DNA of 64,000 nt from Candidatus Peribacteria bacterium (GTDB taxonomy: Bacteria > Patescibacteriota > Gracilibacteria > Peribacterales > Peribacteraceae): positions 1-64,000 of the forward strand of contig JBEPVF010000004.1 of the NCBI GenBank assembly GCA_041691135.1, read 5' to 3'. Position 1 is the first letter of the stretch; every line of letters begins with the position of its first letter. Below are positions 30,332 through 40,393 of the stretch, in pieces. Made by a program: the position numbers and the translations under genes. The notes under the pieces are model-generated. The model searched no databases. It saw nothing but the letters and a program-made list of their open reading frames with translations, and was not told the origin of the DNA.

Positions 30332-30790
30332 TCAGGCTTTTTCTGTCCGTATAAGGGTGGAACGTCCGTACCACCGCGAACTCCACTGCCATTCCTCCGT
30401 TTTTCGGACCAAACCAAACCGCAGGGCCGCATTTTCGATCCTGGAAGCTATATGCTTCTTATTATCGAGTGTAACCCCCTGCACTTCATATTCTTTCTGC
30501 CAGCCACGAAAGAGCCGTTTATCGGTCATCAGGAGACCGGCTACCACCTGCGCATCACGGACACTGGCCACCTGAAACATATCGACAAAGCGCTTCACAC
30601 CGTCTTTTCCCGGCTCAATAAGGAGTTCCATGCGGTCAGGCAGGATACAAAAGGCGCCAATGTGCGCATCTGTCATATAGCGGGCCATCCACAGGTTATC
30701 GATGAGCAGAGGCGGTATGCCCTGCAGTGTGCACCACGGAATGCCACCTTTCGTCTGCAGTATGCAGTAAAGCCATGTATCAGAAGCCAT
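30332..30790 (-). CDS. REP-associated tyrosine transposase (RAYT/Y1 HUH) homolog with substituted catalytic residues
   Basis: AFCILPDRMELLIEP (compare AYVxMPDHxHLL), WQKEY and SRIENAALRFGLVRKTEEWQWSS (compare YIxxNPVKAGLV..EWPWSS); intact ORF with TATTCT, 6 nt, ATG. Confidence 0.7.
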   Translation of the reverse strand: MASDTWLYCILQTKGGIPWCTLQGIPPLLIDNLWMARYMTDAHIGAFCILPDRMELLIEPGKDGVKRFVDMFQVASVRDAQVVAGLLMTDKRLFRGWQKEYEVQGVTLDNKKHIASRIENAALRFGLVRKTEEWQWSSRWYGRSTLIRTEKA

Positions 30791-30907
30791 ACAGCCAGAA
30801 TACGACGCAGCATCCTGCAAGAAATAGATTCCCTATGCGTCTTCCAGAGCGTCATGTATTTTTGCGCACTCCATAGCGTATGTAGACGTTCTTCCCCCTC
30901 GTAGAAC

Positions 30908-31165
30908 ATGCCCCTCTTCGCCCGCATCCGACTCTTCTTCCACGCCCTCATCGACCCCCGGACGCCGCGCATCGTCAAGATCCTCTCTGCCATCGCCATC
31001 CTCTACGTGCTATCGCCCATCGACTTCGTTCCCGATTTCATTCCAGTGCTCGGGCAAGCTGACGACATTGTCGTCTTCATCATTCTGATCATGCAGGCAT
31101 ACAGCCGTATCCCCGCCGACGAGGAAGCAGAGCTGATCAAGCGAAAACCGGTGATTGATGTGTGA
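30908..31165 (+). CDS. YkvA/DUF1232 family membrane protein
   Basis: YVLSPIDFVPDFIPVLGQADD signature. Confidence 0.92.
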   Translation: MPLFARIRLFFHALIDPRTPRIVKILSAIAILYVLSPIDFVPDFIPVLGQADDIVVFIILIMQAYSRIPADEEAELIKRKPVIDV

Positions 31166-31552
31166 TTATTTCAGCTGATCGTAACCGTCAGTTCCGGGCA
31201 ATCGTTCATAGTCTTTGGCTTTCATCCAATCATTGCGAGCAGACATCATTGTAACTTCGTAATATATCAAACGTAGTGATCTATTATGAATAATGGACCG
31301 GAGACAATGGAGCATCGCTCCATTGCATTCTTCGGCTGTCAGAATGGTTACGTCTCGCTCGATAACAGTCTGATAGGCAGTGGCAATGCAGCGTTGCCAA
31401 TATGGCTCAAAATCTGCGTCCAAAATACCTCCTATTTTCGTCTGCAGATCATGCTTCAATGCTTGTAATTGATTACTGGGAGCCCACTGATGTAACGGAG
31501 TAGTGGAAATAGCCGCTCCTTCAGATAATTTCTGAAAAGAATTCATCATCAA
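31166..31552 (-). CDS. AT-rich hypothetical protein
   Basis: 128-aa ORF with atypical codon usage, abutting the YkvA stop codon. Confidence 0.5.
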   Translation of the reverse strand: MMMNSFQKLSEGAAISTTPLHQWAPSNQLQALKHDLQTKIGGILDADFEPYWQRCIATAYQTVIERDVTILTAEECNGAMLHCLRSIIHNRSLRLIYYEVTMMSARNDWMKAKDYERLPGTDGYDQLK

Positions 31553-31656
31553 CTACTTACTGTACGCTCTTAAATTTTCACTTCAATGGTATAAAACTAA
31601 AGCATGGTAAAAGACCTTCTGTAAGCCACAAATTAACAAAACGCTATACTGATTCC

Positions 31657-32208
31657 ATGCAAAAACTCTCTCGATTCTTTTATGATCGTGACGCCGAAAC
31701 GGTGGCACGTGAGCTGCTCGGAAAGTATTTGGTCCACACTACCAATGGGAAGCGCCGAATGGGAAAAATTGTCGAGACGGAAGCATATCTGGGACCACAT
31801 GATCTGGCAGCGCACTCGGCAAAAGGCCGAACCAAACGAACAGAGGTGATGTTCGGACCGCCCGGCCATGCGTATGTATATCTGATTTACGGCATGCACT
31901 GGTGTTTCAATGTCGTTACCGAACAAGAAGGGGCGGCTTCGGCAGTACTGATCCGTGCGCTTGAACCTGTCGAGGGAATCACAGACCGGACGAATGGCCC
32001 GGGACTCCTGTGTCGCGCGATGAACATTACCGGTGCGCAGAACAGTCACGATCTATTGAACGACACGCTGTACATCGCCGACCCCGACGAAACAGAATCC
32101 ATCACCATCATTGCCAGACCGCGCATCGGCGTGGATTATGCAGGTGAATGGGCGAAACGTTTATTGCGATTTTATGTAAAAGGAAATCGGTACGTATCTC
32201 GTTCGTAA
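31657..32208 (+). CDS. mpg: DNA-3-methyladenine glycosylase (MPG/Aag family)
   Basis: IVETEAY, MFGPPGHAYVYLIYGMH, AVLIRALEP, NGPG and PRIGV motifs. Confidence 0.95.
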   Translation: MQKLSRFFYDRDAETVARELLGKYLVHTTNGKRRMGKIVETEAYLGPHDLAAHSAKGRTKRTEVMFGPPGHAYVYLIYGMHWCFNVVTEQEGAASAVLIRALEPVEGITDRTNGPGLLCRAMNITGAQNSHDLLNDTLYIADPDETESITIIARPRIGVDYAGEWAKRLLRFYVKGNRYVSRS

Positions 32209-32229
32209 AGACGCCATACTAGGCATCCT

Positions 32230-32976
32230 TTATTTCAATTCGTAGGTGATCGACACCTGTACCGTCACATCCTGCTGTCCTGACGGAACATCAATCGACC
32301 CGCCGCCTCCCATGCCCGATGCCATGTCTTTGGCATACATCATCGGTACAGGCGGCATCACCGCCGATCCTTCGTTGAACGAACGGACTTTGCCCAGCGA
32401 CATCCCCAGTTGTTTGGCCAATGTCTGAGCCTTCTCTTTTGCCTGTTCGATGGCTTGCTCGCGTGCCTGAGCGCGAAGTGACTCAGGTTGGTCGATGGTG
32501 AAATCCACGCCACCCGCCTGATTGGCGCCGGCATTGGTTGCCGCCGATAAGATCGTGCCAACTTTGTCCAGATCGTGCACTTTGACCATCAATGACTGTG
32601 TCGCTTCGTAGCCACGCAGTGTCTGATTGCCGTTGCTCCAATCGTACTGTGGACTCAGCGAGAGCTGCTGCGTCGTGATGTCTTTGACATCGATACCAAG
32701 TTTTTTCACGGCATCGAGTACGGCATTCATCTCGGTTGTCAGTTTCTGCATCGCATCTTTGGCCGCCTTCTGCGGGCCGGTCGTGACGCCGAAATTGAGC
32801 GTCGCAATCGTCGGTGCACCCTGCACTTTCCCTTCACCGGTCACTATGATCATTGCCGGATCCTGGTAGCGCGCTTCCATATTTTTTCCCTGCAGATAGA
32901 AAAGTCCGCCAATAAAAACTACAATGATGGGAAGCCAAACGGGTGGACGGATGAAGAGTGTGCGATCGTCAGTCAT
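32230..32976 (-). CDS. SIMPL domain (DUF541/YggE) protein
   Basis: N-terminal TM helix, VTGEGKV..P, AGAN, A..AKEKA..LA and V.VSITYEL. Confidence 0.9.
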   Translation of the reverse strand: MTDDRTLFIRPPVWLPIIVVFIGGLFYLQGKNMEARYQDPAMIIVTGEGKVQGAPTIATLNFGVTTGPQKAAKDAMQKLTTEMNAVLDAVKKLGIDVKDITTQQLSLSPQYDWSNGNQTLRGYEATQSLMVKVHDLDKVGTILSAATNAGANQAGGVDFTIDQPESLRAQAREQAIEQAKEKAQTLAKQLGMSLGKVRSFNEGSAVMPPVPMMYAKDMASGMGGGGSIDVPSGQQDVTVQVSITYELK

Positions 32977-33057
32977 AGTGATGTCAGTGTACTGCCCTCT
33001 GGTCCCGAGACGAGCAATCTTGCTTGCCACGACCGACGAATACGATGGATTTGTCAC

Positions 33058-33840
33058 TCAAACACTCTCCGTCGAGGCTGTTTCCTTCACGCCGTACTTG
33101 GCATAGCCTTCGCGCTCCAACCGGTGCGCCAGATCCGCTCCGCCGCTCTCCACGATCTTCCCATTCACCATCACATGAATACGATCGGGATTGATGTACC
33201 CCAAAATCCGCGCGTAGTGCGTGACGATGATGGCTGAAAAATCCGGCGACCGCATGCGGTTTACTCCTTCGGACACAATTTTAAGCGCATCGATATCCAG
33301 ACCCGAATCCGTTTCGTCGAGCAGAGCCAAACGCGGCTTAAGTATGGAGAGTTGCAGTACTTCGGCTTTCTTTTTTTCGCCGCCCGAAAATCCCTGATTG
33401 AGCGAGCGATCGGCAAACGACGGATCCATCGACAGCTCTTTCATTTTTTCTTCCAGGAATTTTTTGAACTTGATGGGCGAAATTTTCTTCTGACTCGGAT
33501 CGCGAACACCCATCTGCGCGTTGTACGCGGCGAACAAAAAACTGCGCAGGCTGACGCCGGCAATTTCTTTGGGATACTGGAACGCCAGAAACAGTCCGAG
33601 CCCGGCCCTCTCCCACGGTTCTTTATCGAGCAGTTCCTCTCCGGCCAATTGAGCGCTGCCGCCTTCGACGGTGTACTTCGGATGTCCCATCAGCGTATTC
33701 ACGAGGGTGGATTTTCCCGACCCATTTGGCCCCATGATGGCATGTATTTCGCCCGTTCCGACCTCCAAATCAAGCCCGTGCACGACTTCCGTGCCTTCGA
33801 CGGCAATTCGTAGATTATGAATGGTAAGGAGTGAGGACAC
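33058..33840 (-). CDS. sufC: Fe-S cluster assembly ATPase SufC
   Basis: MGPNGSGKST, AFQYP, GFSGGEKKK and LDETDSGLDIDAL; GTG start. Confidence 0.97.
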   Translation of the reverse strand: MSSLLTIHNLRIAVEGTEVVHGLDLEVGTGEIHAIMGPNGSGKSTLVNTLMGHPKYTVEGGSAQLAGEELLDKEPWERAGLGLFLAFQYPKEIAGVSLRSFLFAAYNAQMGVRDPSQKKISPIKFKKFLEEKMKELSMDPSFADRSLNQGFSGGEKKKAEVLQLSILKPRLALLDETDSGLDIDALKIVSEGVNRMRSPDFSAIIVTHYARILGYINPDRIHVMVNGKIVESGGADLAHRLEREGYAKYGVKETASTESV

Positions 33841-33850
33841 AGGGAAAACG

Positions 33851-33902
33851 TAGAATGTACAATGAAATAAAATTGTACATTGTACATCGTCGATTGTACA
33901 TT
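33851..33902. repeat. Inverted heptamer arrays (TACATTG type) overlapping the divergent sufC/ferredoxin promoters
   Basis: TAGAATG TACAATG ... TACATTG TACATCG TCGATTG TACATT. Confidence 0.55.
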
Positions 33903-33908
33903 TCACCC

Positions 33909-34193
33909 GTGCCCAGCGTCACTTTTCACTATGGCGATCAGATCAAAGTCTTCGAAGCCGAGGACGGTCAGACCATTTTGCAGATCGCGCTGGATAACGA
34001 TATCCCCATGGAACACGCCTGTGGCGGCAACGGCTTCTGTACCACCTGCATGTGCAAGATAAAAAACGGCATGGAAAACCTGAGCCCGCGCAACGACCGC
34101 GAAGAGAACATGGGCGTAATGGAAGATCCGGACCGCCTGAGTTGTCAGTCGCAAATCAGCGGCGATGTGACAGTGGAAGTTATAGAGTATTAA
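33909..34193 (+). CDS. 2Fe-2S ferredoxin (adrenodoxin/ISC type)
   Basis: HACGGNGFCTTC...RLSCQ; GTG start 6 nt after TACATT. Confidence 0.93.
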   Translation: MPSVTFHYGDQIKVFEAEDGQTILQIALDNDIPMEHACGGNGFCTTCMCKIKNGMENLSPRNDREENMGVMEDPDRLSCQSQISGDVTVEVIEY

Positions 34194-34195
34194 GT

Positions 34196-34618
34196 ATGTC
34201 AGAAGGCCCCGCTGATTGCCCATCGAGGAGGGGCGCAATCAAAACTATTGCAGCCTTGTTTGCAGGCGCGAAGATCTTTCCGGCGTCATCTCAGTCACAC
34301 CGTTGCAACAGCGATGACGTTCGTTTTCGAGTAGCGCAGGAGATTGCCAAGTTATCTCATGCCAAATTGGCACAAATGCGCTTAATTGAAGGAGAAGGCA
34401 AAACCCTTGTAAAGAACCCACTGTTCGAACGATACGTTCAACAGGCAGGCATCGATGACACAGTGGAAGTATTGGAAGGTTTTGACGAGGAAACATTGGA
34501 CATGCCATTACATCAGAGTGTTCAAAGGGCCGTGCAAATAATGCAACGCCATCACACGTATTGTGTCACAGCCATATTCAATGCTTATCTGCGGGATGAA
34601 GACGGATTTCTTGACTGA
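34196..34618 (+). CDS. Hypothetical protein with an RR-type N-terminal peptide
   Basis: ATG 2 nt after the ferredoxin stop; N-terminal segment SRRGAIKTIAALFAGA. Confidence 0.5.
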   Translation: MSEGPADCPSRRGAIKTIAALFAGAKIFPASSQSHRCNSDDVRFRVAQEIAKLSHAKLAQMRLIEGEGKTLVKNPLFERYVQQAGIDDTVEVLEGFDEETLDMPLHQSVQRAVQIMQRHHTYCVTAIFNAYLRDEDGFLD

Positions 34619-34776
34619 CATCTGGATCAGAATACTGTGATCGCATAGGAATACTTGTCACCCGCACCTGCCGCCCCACGATCTGCTGCTGTCAGCAGGG
34701 CTGCTGTTGTAGGTAAAAACGATTACATTTCCTACCAGCCGCCCATGATGAAGCGGTTTTTTATCTGTATTCACGC

Positions 34777-35127
34777 ATGCCTATGACCAATCAACTCTCC
34801 ACTGCCATCGAAACATTTTTGGAAAGGCATCAGTCGGATCTTCTGGCGCAAACACAGCGGGACGGCTTACTGGATGAAGTTGCCCATCTGCACGAACAAC
34901 CGGATAGGAAATCGAAGGTCAGTGGTGCCGAACTAGTGGCTATCTGCACACAATTCTCCGGCGTGCTCTACGGACTGCTGCGCAGGCAAGGAGTGAACGG
35001 CGAAGCGGAAAAAACAACGATCGCCTTTCGGCAACAGTTGCTCAACCATCTGCGACACACCCTTATACCCGTGCCAAGTTCAGCAACTTCGCCTTCACCT
35101 CTTCATCATACGGCTCTAGACGATTGA
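34777..35127 (+). CDS. Hypothetical protein
   Basis: 116-aa helical-looking ORF whose 3' end overlaps the convergent TPR gene. Confidence 0.4.
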   Translation: MPMTNQLSTAIETFLERHQSDLLAQTQRDGLLDEVAHLHEQPDRKSKVSGAELVAICTQFSGVLYGLLRRQGVNGEAEKTTIAFRQQLLNHLRHTLIPVPSSATSPSPLHHTALDD

Positions 35128-35917
35128 TGCGGCGATAGACTCCTTCGGCCTTATCGGCATGACCCAATTGCAGATAACACTCGGCAAGCAGGTGAAGCAA
35201 TTCCGTCGAACGTGACAGGCGGGCACATGCTTTTTCGAGCAATGGTGCGGCTTCCTCGAAGCGGTGTGCAGCAATACATGCGCGACCAAGAGCCGCCGAG
35301 CGTTCGGGCGACTGTGAATCACGATTGAGTGCTTCCTGATATGCCTGGCATGCCTCGATGTATTTCTCCTGACGGTAGTAGGCCAAACCGAGGTTGGCAT
35401 GGAACGATACGTCATCGCGATGCTGCAAGAGTTCCTTGTACATCGCTTCGGCTTTATTTTCGCGACCCGTCGTCAGATAGAGTTTTGCCAGTTGCGCCTG
35501 CACATCCCACGCTTGCGGCTGAATGGTGAGCGCCTGGATGAACAAACGTTCGGCTTCTTCGGATTTGCTCTGCACGAGTGACTTTTCGGCGCTGCGCACG
35601 AGCGTCCTTACCTCCTGAAGTTCAATGGCGGAGAGGCGTGGGCTTTTGCGCGGACGTGAGAGCTTGGTTTCTTCGACCAGCAAGGCGCCACGGTCTTCGA
35701 CAAACTGAAATCGCTGCTTCACGCTGCGCACGAAGCGACGGATCCCGCGATTGCGAAGCAGCACACGTGCCCCGAACAGGAAGCAAATGCCGAAAAGCGA
35801 GCCGGTAAGAACGAGGAGATACAGCAAGATCTGTGCCGGAAAACACCGGCATGAAAGGCTAGCACGGCGGGGTAGGAGCGGCAAGCAAACAGCCAATATA
35901 TGCGCAAAAGAACGCAT
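35063..35917 (-). CDS. Membrane-anchored tetratricopeptide repeat protein
   Basis: N-terminal TM helix, then TPR repeats (NLGLAYYRQEKYIEA, LGRACIAAHRFEEA, LAECYLQLGHADKA); true start probably further downstream. Confidence 0.85.
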   Translation of the reverse strand: MRSFAHILAVCLPLLPRRASLSCRCFPAQILLYLLVLTGSLFGICFLFGARVLLRNRGIRRFVRSVKQRFQFVEDRGALLVEETKLSRPRKSPRLSAIELQEVRTLVRSAEKSLVQSKSEEAERLFIQALTIQPQAWDVQAQLAKLYLTTGRENKAEAMYKELLQHRDDVSFHANLGLAYYRQEKYIEACQAYQEALNRDSQSPERSAALGRACIAAHRFEEAAPLLEKACARLSRSTELLHLLAECYLQLGHADKAEGVYRRINRLEPYDEEVKAKLLNLARV

Positions 35918-35960
35918 AAGGAAAGAAATTGACGCAACTGCCTATTATTTATCTAATCCG

Positions 35961-36932
35961 CTACTTCTCCCCTATTCCCAATACAAACCGCTGCAAAAGA
36001 AGCGGCCGCGATGCATTCGACTCCAATCCACGCAGCAAAACCGCCAATTGCGCTGCATGACGCGGCGATGCAGAAGCGATGTCTCCTTTGAGTGACAAAG
36101 ATAAATGGAACAACAGGCGTTCGCCCGGCTCACCGCGCTTTTCCAGTGGAGCCAACAGTCGCAAGCGTTCGCCGAGTCCTTTACTCTGCCAAAAAGAAAC
36201 TGCGTGAGCATGCAACGTTTTTTCGGCACGCAATACATCTGGATCATCTACTAACCGTCGCGCGACGCCCGGTGCACCCTGGGCGACCATGCGCACAAAC
36301 CCTGCATCTTCTTCGGGCAGATCCACGAGCAATGTCTCAAGTTCACTTGCCGGCAAGCGTTGAAAGGCCAGCACGCGCGCACGCGACACCAGTGTCGGCA
36401 ACAGCACCGTGGATGATTGCGTAGTAAGGAGAAAGACCACGCCCGGCGGCGGCTCTTCGACGATTTTCAGGAGCGCATTCACGGCTTCATCCTGCATGCG
36501 TTCGACCGATCGGATCAGACAACAGCGATATTTGCTCATTCCGGTTTCGTAGAGCCGCTCTTGAATTGCGCGCACATCATCGATCGAAATCGTATCCGTT
36601 TTTGCCTTGGCCTTGACCCGGTGATTCTGCGGCACATTGGAATAACGGGACAGCACCTGCCAATCATCCATCGTGTCCTCCATCCATAACCGGTCCAACA
36701 CCAACAGATCCGGATGGATGAGCTTGCGAACTTCTTCCTCCACTCGCGTCCGTTCTGTGTCGCCATCGGTACCTGCCAGCGACAGTTGTGTCGCAAACCA
36801 TTTTGCTACCGTAAATTTGCCAACGTGAGGCGGCCCCGTAAACAGATAGGCATGAGCGACATTCTCCGTCGCCAGATCATGGGCCAGCAATTCGCGCTGC
36901 CGTTCGTGGCCGACGATGATAGGAGGCTTCAC
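35961..36932 (-). CDS. holB: DNA polymerase III subunit delta'
   Basis: AHAYLFTGPPHVGK, HPD, ISIDDVR, NALLKIVEEPP and LLPTLVSR; TATACT, 6 nt, GTG. Confidence 0.9.
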   Translation of the reverse strand: MKPPIIVGHERQRELLAHDLATENVAHAYLFTGPPHVGKFTVAKWFATQLSLAGTDGDTERTRVEEEVRKLIHPDLLVLDRLWMEDTMDDWQVLSRYSNVPQNHRVKAKAKTDTISIDDVRAIQERLYETGMSKYRCCLIRSVERMQDEAVNALLKIVEEPPPGVVFLLTTQSSTVLLPTLVSRARVLAFQRLPASELETLLVDLPEEDAGFVRMVAQGAPGVARRLVDDPDVLRAEKTLHAHAVSFWQSKGLGERLRLLAPLEKRGEPGERLLFHLSLSLKGDIASASPRHAAQLAVLLRGLESNASRPLLLQRFVLGIGEK

Positions 36933-37262
36933 AACTGGAGTATACTGCCTCGCTGTGATGCAGCACATCACTCCACAGGCCAATCCATCGGGCAAAATAG
37001 TCGGCCATATCCCCCTATGGCGTGCCGCTTTCCGCTGTCTCTGCGTCTGCGCGGTAGAGCTGCTCCTCTATGGACTCATTGCCGGACTCGGCGTCGTCTT
37101 TCTGACTCGAGTGTCACTGTGATCTGCCTGCCTCACAGTCGTTCCCTCGTCCTGCTGCTCGCGGGTGGCTGCGCCGGGCAGAATGCCAATACATCTGATC
37201 CGCCGATTATTGACTTCTCTTCTGAGATGAACAAATAATGCCCTCACTTTCGCCCTAGTCTA

Positions 37263-37514
37263 ATGTCTGAAATTTGGGAAAAAATCGAACAAGAATCATG
37301 GGAGGGTGAACCATTGAGCAATCGAATTGAGCGCACGTTCGAAGCATTGCGTCCGATTTTGATACAAATCGTTGATGAACGTGACTATCGAAGTTGGCAA
37401 ATGACACCGAATCAGACAATGAGAGGCATGACTCCGACCGAAGTTATTGCCTCGAATCAACTAGATATAATCAGAGAAGTGATTGAACGATTGTACAGAG
37501 GAGAGTTCTCATAA
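37263..37514 (+). CDS. Stand-alone Xre/MbcA/ParS antitoxin C-terminal (DUF2384-like) domain protein
   Basis: W..TPN..MRGMTP..VI......IREVIERLYRGEFS matches the W..PN..L.G.TP...L.R...G.S pattern. Confidence 0.65.
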   Translation: MSEIWEKIEQESWEGEPLSNRIERTFEALRPILIQIVDERDYRSWQMTPNQTMRGMTPTEVIASNQLDIIREVIERLYRGEFS

Positions 37515-37541
37515 GGTCGTTCTCGAAATTCAAACGAGCAT

Positions 37542-40310
37542 TCACTCGTCCTTCCCGTGACACTTTTTATACTTCTTTCCCGATCCACACGGACACGGAT
37601 CGTTGCGTCCCACTTTAGGCAATCCTTTTGCGACCTGCTTCTTGGCTGGCCCCGGCGTCACCGATGATGCACCGGGGGCAAAACCGAGTAATGCAGCTGT
37701 ATCTTCCATAGACGGGGCGGCGCCGTTTGGACGGCCAGGCGCCTGAGCAGCAGCTGGCGTGATGCCCGTATGCTCAAGCTCTCCCTCAATCTCGCTCACA
37801 TTTGTCTGCAACGATGATGCCTCTTCGTCGGCTTCCTGGGCCATTTGCACAACCAACCGCGGCGTAAAGTCGGCCAGGTTCGCATTGAGCAATGTGCGCA
37901 CGATGGTGGAATTGATCGTGTTCATCAGCTGATGGAAACGGCGGAATCCCTGATCTTGGTATTCGATCAGCGGATCGCGCTGCGCGTAGCCGGCGAATGC
38001 CACCTGTTCACGCAGATGCGACATGTCGTCGATGTGATCCATCCAGTGCGCATCGATCGCCCGCAGCGTGACCACTTGTTCCGCACGGTTCACCGTATCG
38101 GCATCCTGCTCGGCGCACTTGCGCTCGTATTCGGCGATGAGCTTTTCGGCGACATGTTCGATCAGGAGATCTTTTTCCTGAAATGTTTTGAGCTGCTCGA
38201 GTGACAACGCCCCTGCCACTGTCGCCGATAAGCCGAGCAATCCTTCATGAATGCGCTCATATTCCCAATTGTCCGGATCGGTCGGCTGGGTGTAGGCATT
38301 CACCAAGTTCTGAGCCTCAGTGCGAATACCGAGCAGCACTTCTTCGTGGAGAGGACCGCCCATTTGATCACTCGTCACCTTCTCCGCCTCGGCAATTTTC
38401 CCCAGCACTTTCTGACGCCGCTTGTAGACGATGTCTCGGTGCTTGTTCATCACGTCGTCGTACTGCAGCACGTGACGACGGATGTCGAAGTTCCGTCCTT
38501 CCACTTTCTTCTGTGCGCTCTCGATGGATCGCGAGACGAGTCCGTTCTCCAGCGGCACATCATCCGGTACCTTCAGCCGTTCCATCATCGCCTTAAGCCG
38601 GTCACCGCCGAACAAGCGCATCAGATCATCCTCCATCGAGACGAAGAACTGACTCTCGCCCGGATCGCCCTGGCGTCCCGATCGTCCGCGTAGCTGGTTG
38701 TCGATGCGTCGCGCTTCGTGACGTTCGGTACCCAGAATGGCCAGACCGCCGAGGGCAGGGACATCATCGCCTAATTTAATATCGGTTCCACGGCCGGCCA
38801 TGTTCGTCGCAATTGTGACGATGCCTTTTTGCCCTGCCTGAGCCACGATATCAGCTTCTTTTTCGTGCTGCTTGGCGTTGAGCACTTCGTGCGGAATACG
38901 CATTTCCTGGAGCAAAAGGCTCATCACTTCGGACTTCTCGATGGACGTCGTACCAATCAGCACTGGCTGGCCTTTGGCATGCTTCTCGGCGGCAATCTTC
39001 GCCACCGCCTTGAACTTCGCACTCACCGTGCGGTAAATCGCATCCGACCGGTCATCACGGATCATCGGTCGGTGCGTGGGGATCACGATCGTGCGCAACT
39101 TGTAGATCGACTCGAACTCTTCTTCTTCCGTCTTTGCCGTGCCGGTCATGCCTGCGAGTTTTTTGAACAGACGGAAATAGTTCTGAAAGGTGATTGTCGC
39201 CAGCGTGCGCGATTCGCGCTGCACTTCCACGCGTTCTTTCGCTTCGATGGCCTGGTGCAAACCATGTCCGTAACGGCGACCCGGCATCAAGCGGCCGGTG
39301 AATTCATCGACGATGATGATCTCGCCGTTTTTGACGACATAGTCGACATCCAATTTATAAATGGCATGCGCGCGCAACGCCTGCTCGATGTGGTGCACTT
39401 CTTCGAATCCTTTCTCGGTGTAAATATTATCGAGTCCAAGCATACCTTCCATCTTCTTGATACCTTCTTCGGTAAGTACGGCCGTGCGCTGTTTTTCGTC
39501 TCGGGTGTAGTCTGTAGTTTCGGCCAACTGCGACACCAATTGCGCATACTGCAGATACTTGGTCGTCGATTCTTCCGCTGGCTGACTGATGATGAGCGGC
39601 GTGCGCGCTTCGTCGACCAGGATGGAGTCCACTTCGTCGACGATGGCATAGTTGAGGCCGCGCTGGACTTGCCGTTCAATGTTGCTGGCCATGTTATCGC
39701 GCAGATAATCGAAACCGAACTCACTGTTTGTTCCGTATGTGATGTCGGCCGCGTAGGCGATACGACGATCATTCGTCGACGAACCGTTCACCACCACGCC
39801 CACAGTCAAACCCAGTGTCTTATAGAGTAATCCCATCCACGTCGCATCGCGCTTGGCCAGGTAATCGTTGACCGTGACGATATGCACGCCTTTGGCCTCG
39901 AGTGCATTGAGATACGCCGGCATCGTCGATACGAGCGTCTTTCCTTCGCCGGTGCGCATTTCGGCGATGTTCCCTTTATGGAGAACCGCACCGCCTAGAA
40001 TCTGCACATCAAACGGAATCATATTCCAAGTGAAGGTCTGCTTGCCGATCTGCATTGTCTGACCCTGAAGCAATTCGCATGCGCGGATGTGGACCGCAAA
40101 TGCCTCCGGCAGAATGTCGTCCAGGCTTGTATCGTCGGCTACCTTCTTCTTGAGCTCTTCCGTCTTGGCCGGCAAATCTTCCAGCGTAAGCGCGCGAATA
40201 TCCGCCTGCTCAGCGCGCGTACGCACTTCCTTCACCCGCGGCCAGAGCTTTTTCAGCTCTTTTTCGTTTGGGTCACCTAAAAGCCGGTTGAGCGAATCCA
40301 TCAAAGCCAT
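37542..40310 (-). CDS. secA: Preprotein translocase subunit SecA
   Basis: [37 protein letters not shown] and C-terminal [18 protein letters not shown]. Confidence 0.99.
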   Translation of the reverse strand: MALMDSLNRLLGDPNEKELKKLWPRVKEVRTRAEQADIRALTLEDLPAKTEELKKKVADDTSLDDILPEAFAVHIRACELLQGQTMQIGKQTFTWNMIPFDVQILGGAVLHKGNIAEMRTGEGKTLVSTMPAYLNALEAKGVHIVTVNDYLAKRDATWMGLLYKTLGLTVGVVVNGSSTNDRRIAYAADITYGTNSEFGFDYLRDNMASNIERQVQRGLNYAIVDEVDSILVDEARTPLIISQPAEESTTKYLQYAQLVSQLAETTDYTRDEKQRTAVLTEEGIKKMEGMLGLDNIYTEKGFEEVHHIEQALRAHAIYKLDVDYVVKNGEIIIVDEFTGRLMPGRRYGHGLHQAIEAKERVEVQRESRTLATITFQNYFRLFKKLAGMTGTAKTEEEEFESIYKLRTIVIPTHRPMIRDDRSDAIYRTVSAKFKAVAKIAAEKHAKGQPVLIGTTSIEKSEVMSLLLQEMRIPHEVLNAKQHEKEADIVAQAGQKGIVTIATNMAGRGTDIKLGDDVPALGGLAILGTERHEARRIDNQLRGRSGRQGDPGESQFFVSMEDDLMRLFGGDRLKAMMERLKVPDDVPLENGLVSRSIESAQKKVEGRNFDIRRHVLQYDDVMNKHRDIVYKRRQKVLGKIAEAEKVTSDQMGGPLHEEVLLGIRTEAQNLVNAYTQPTDPDNWEYERIHEGLLGLSATVAGALSLEQLKTFQEKDLLIEHVAEKLIAEYERKCAEQDADTVNRAEQVVTLRAIDAHWMDHIDDMSHLREQVAFAGYAQRDPLIEYQDQGFRRFHQLMNTINSTIVRTLLNANLADFTPRLVVQMAQEADEEASSLQTNVSEIEGELEHTGITPAAAQAPGRPNGAAPSMEDTAALLGFAPGASSVTPGPAKKQVAKGLPKVGRNDPCPCGSGKKYKKCHGKDE

Positions 40311-40393
40311 ATCGAAGTCAGGGTAGCGAAAACAGAGGCGGCACGATAGCAGAGGTTGGCCGAAAAAAGGATAGTTTTGCCCCAGAAAGCCAT

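Noticed and set aside
30332-30790. Active IS200/IS605 element
   Set aside because: The HUH and catalytic Tyr are absent, there is no tnpB, and no subterminal hairpin ends were recognised.
34196-34290. Genuine Tat signal peptide
   Set aside because: SRRGAIK lacks the consensus Phe, the hydrophobic region is short, and no tat genes are visible; the evidence is insufficient.
38829-39830. Long antisense ORFs (333 aa opposite secA; also 23854-24771, 16312-17049, 59760-60491)
   Set aside because: These are shadows of codon bias on the strand opposite well-supported genes and carry no motifs.
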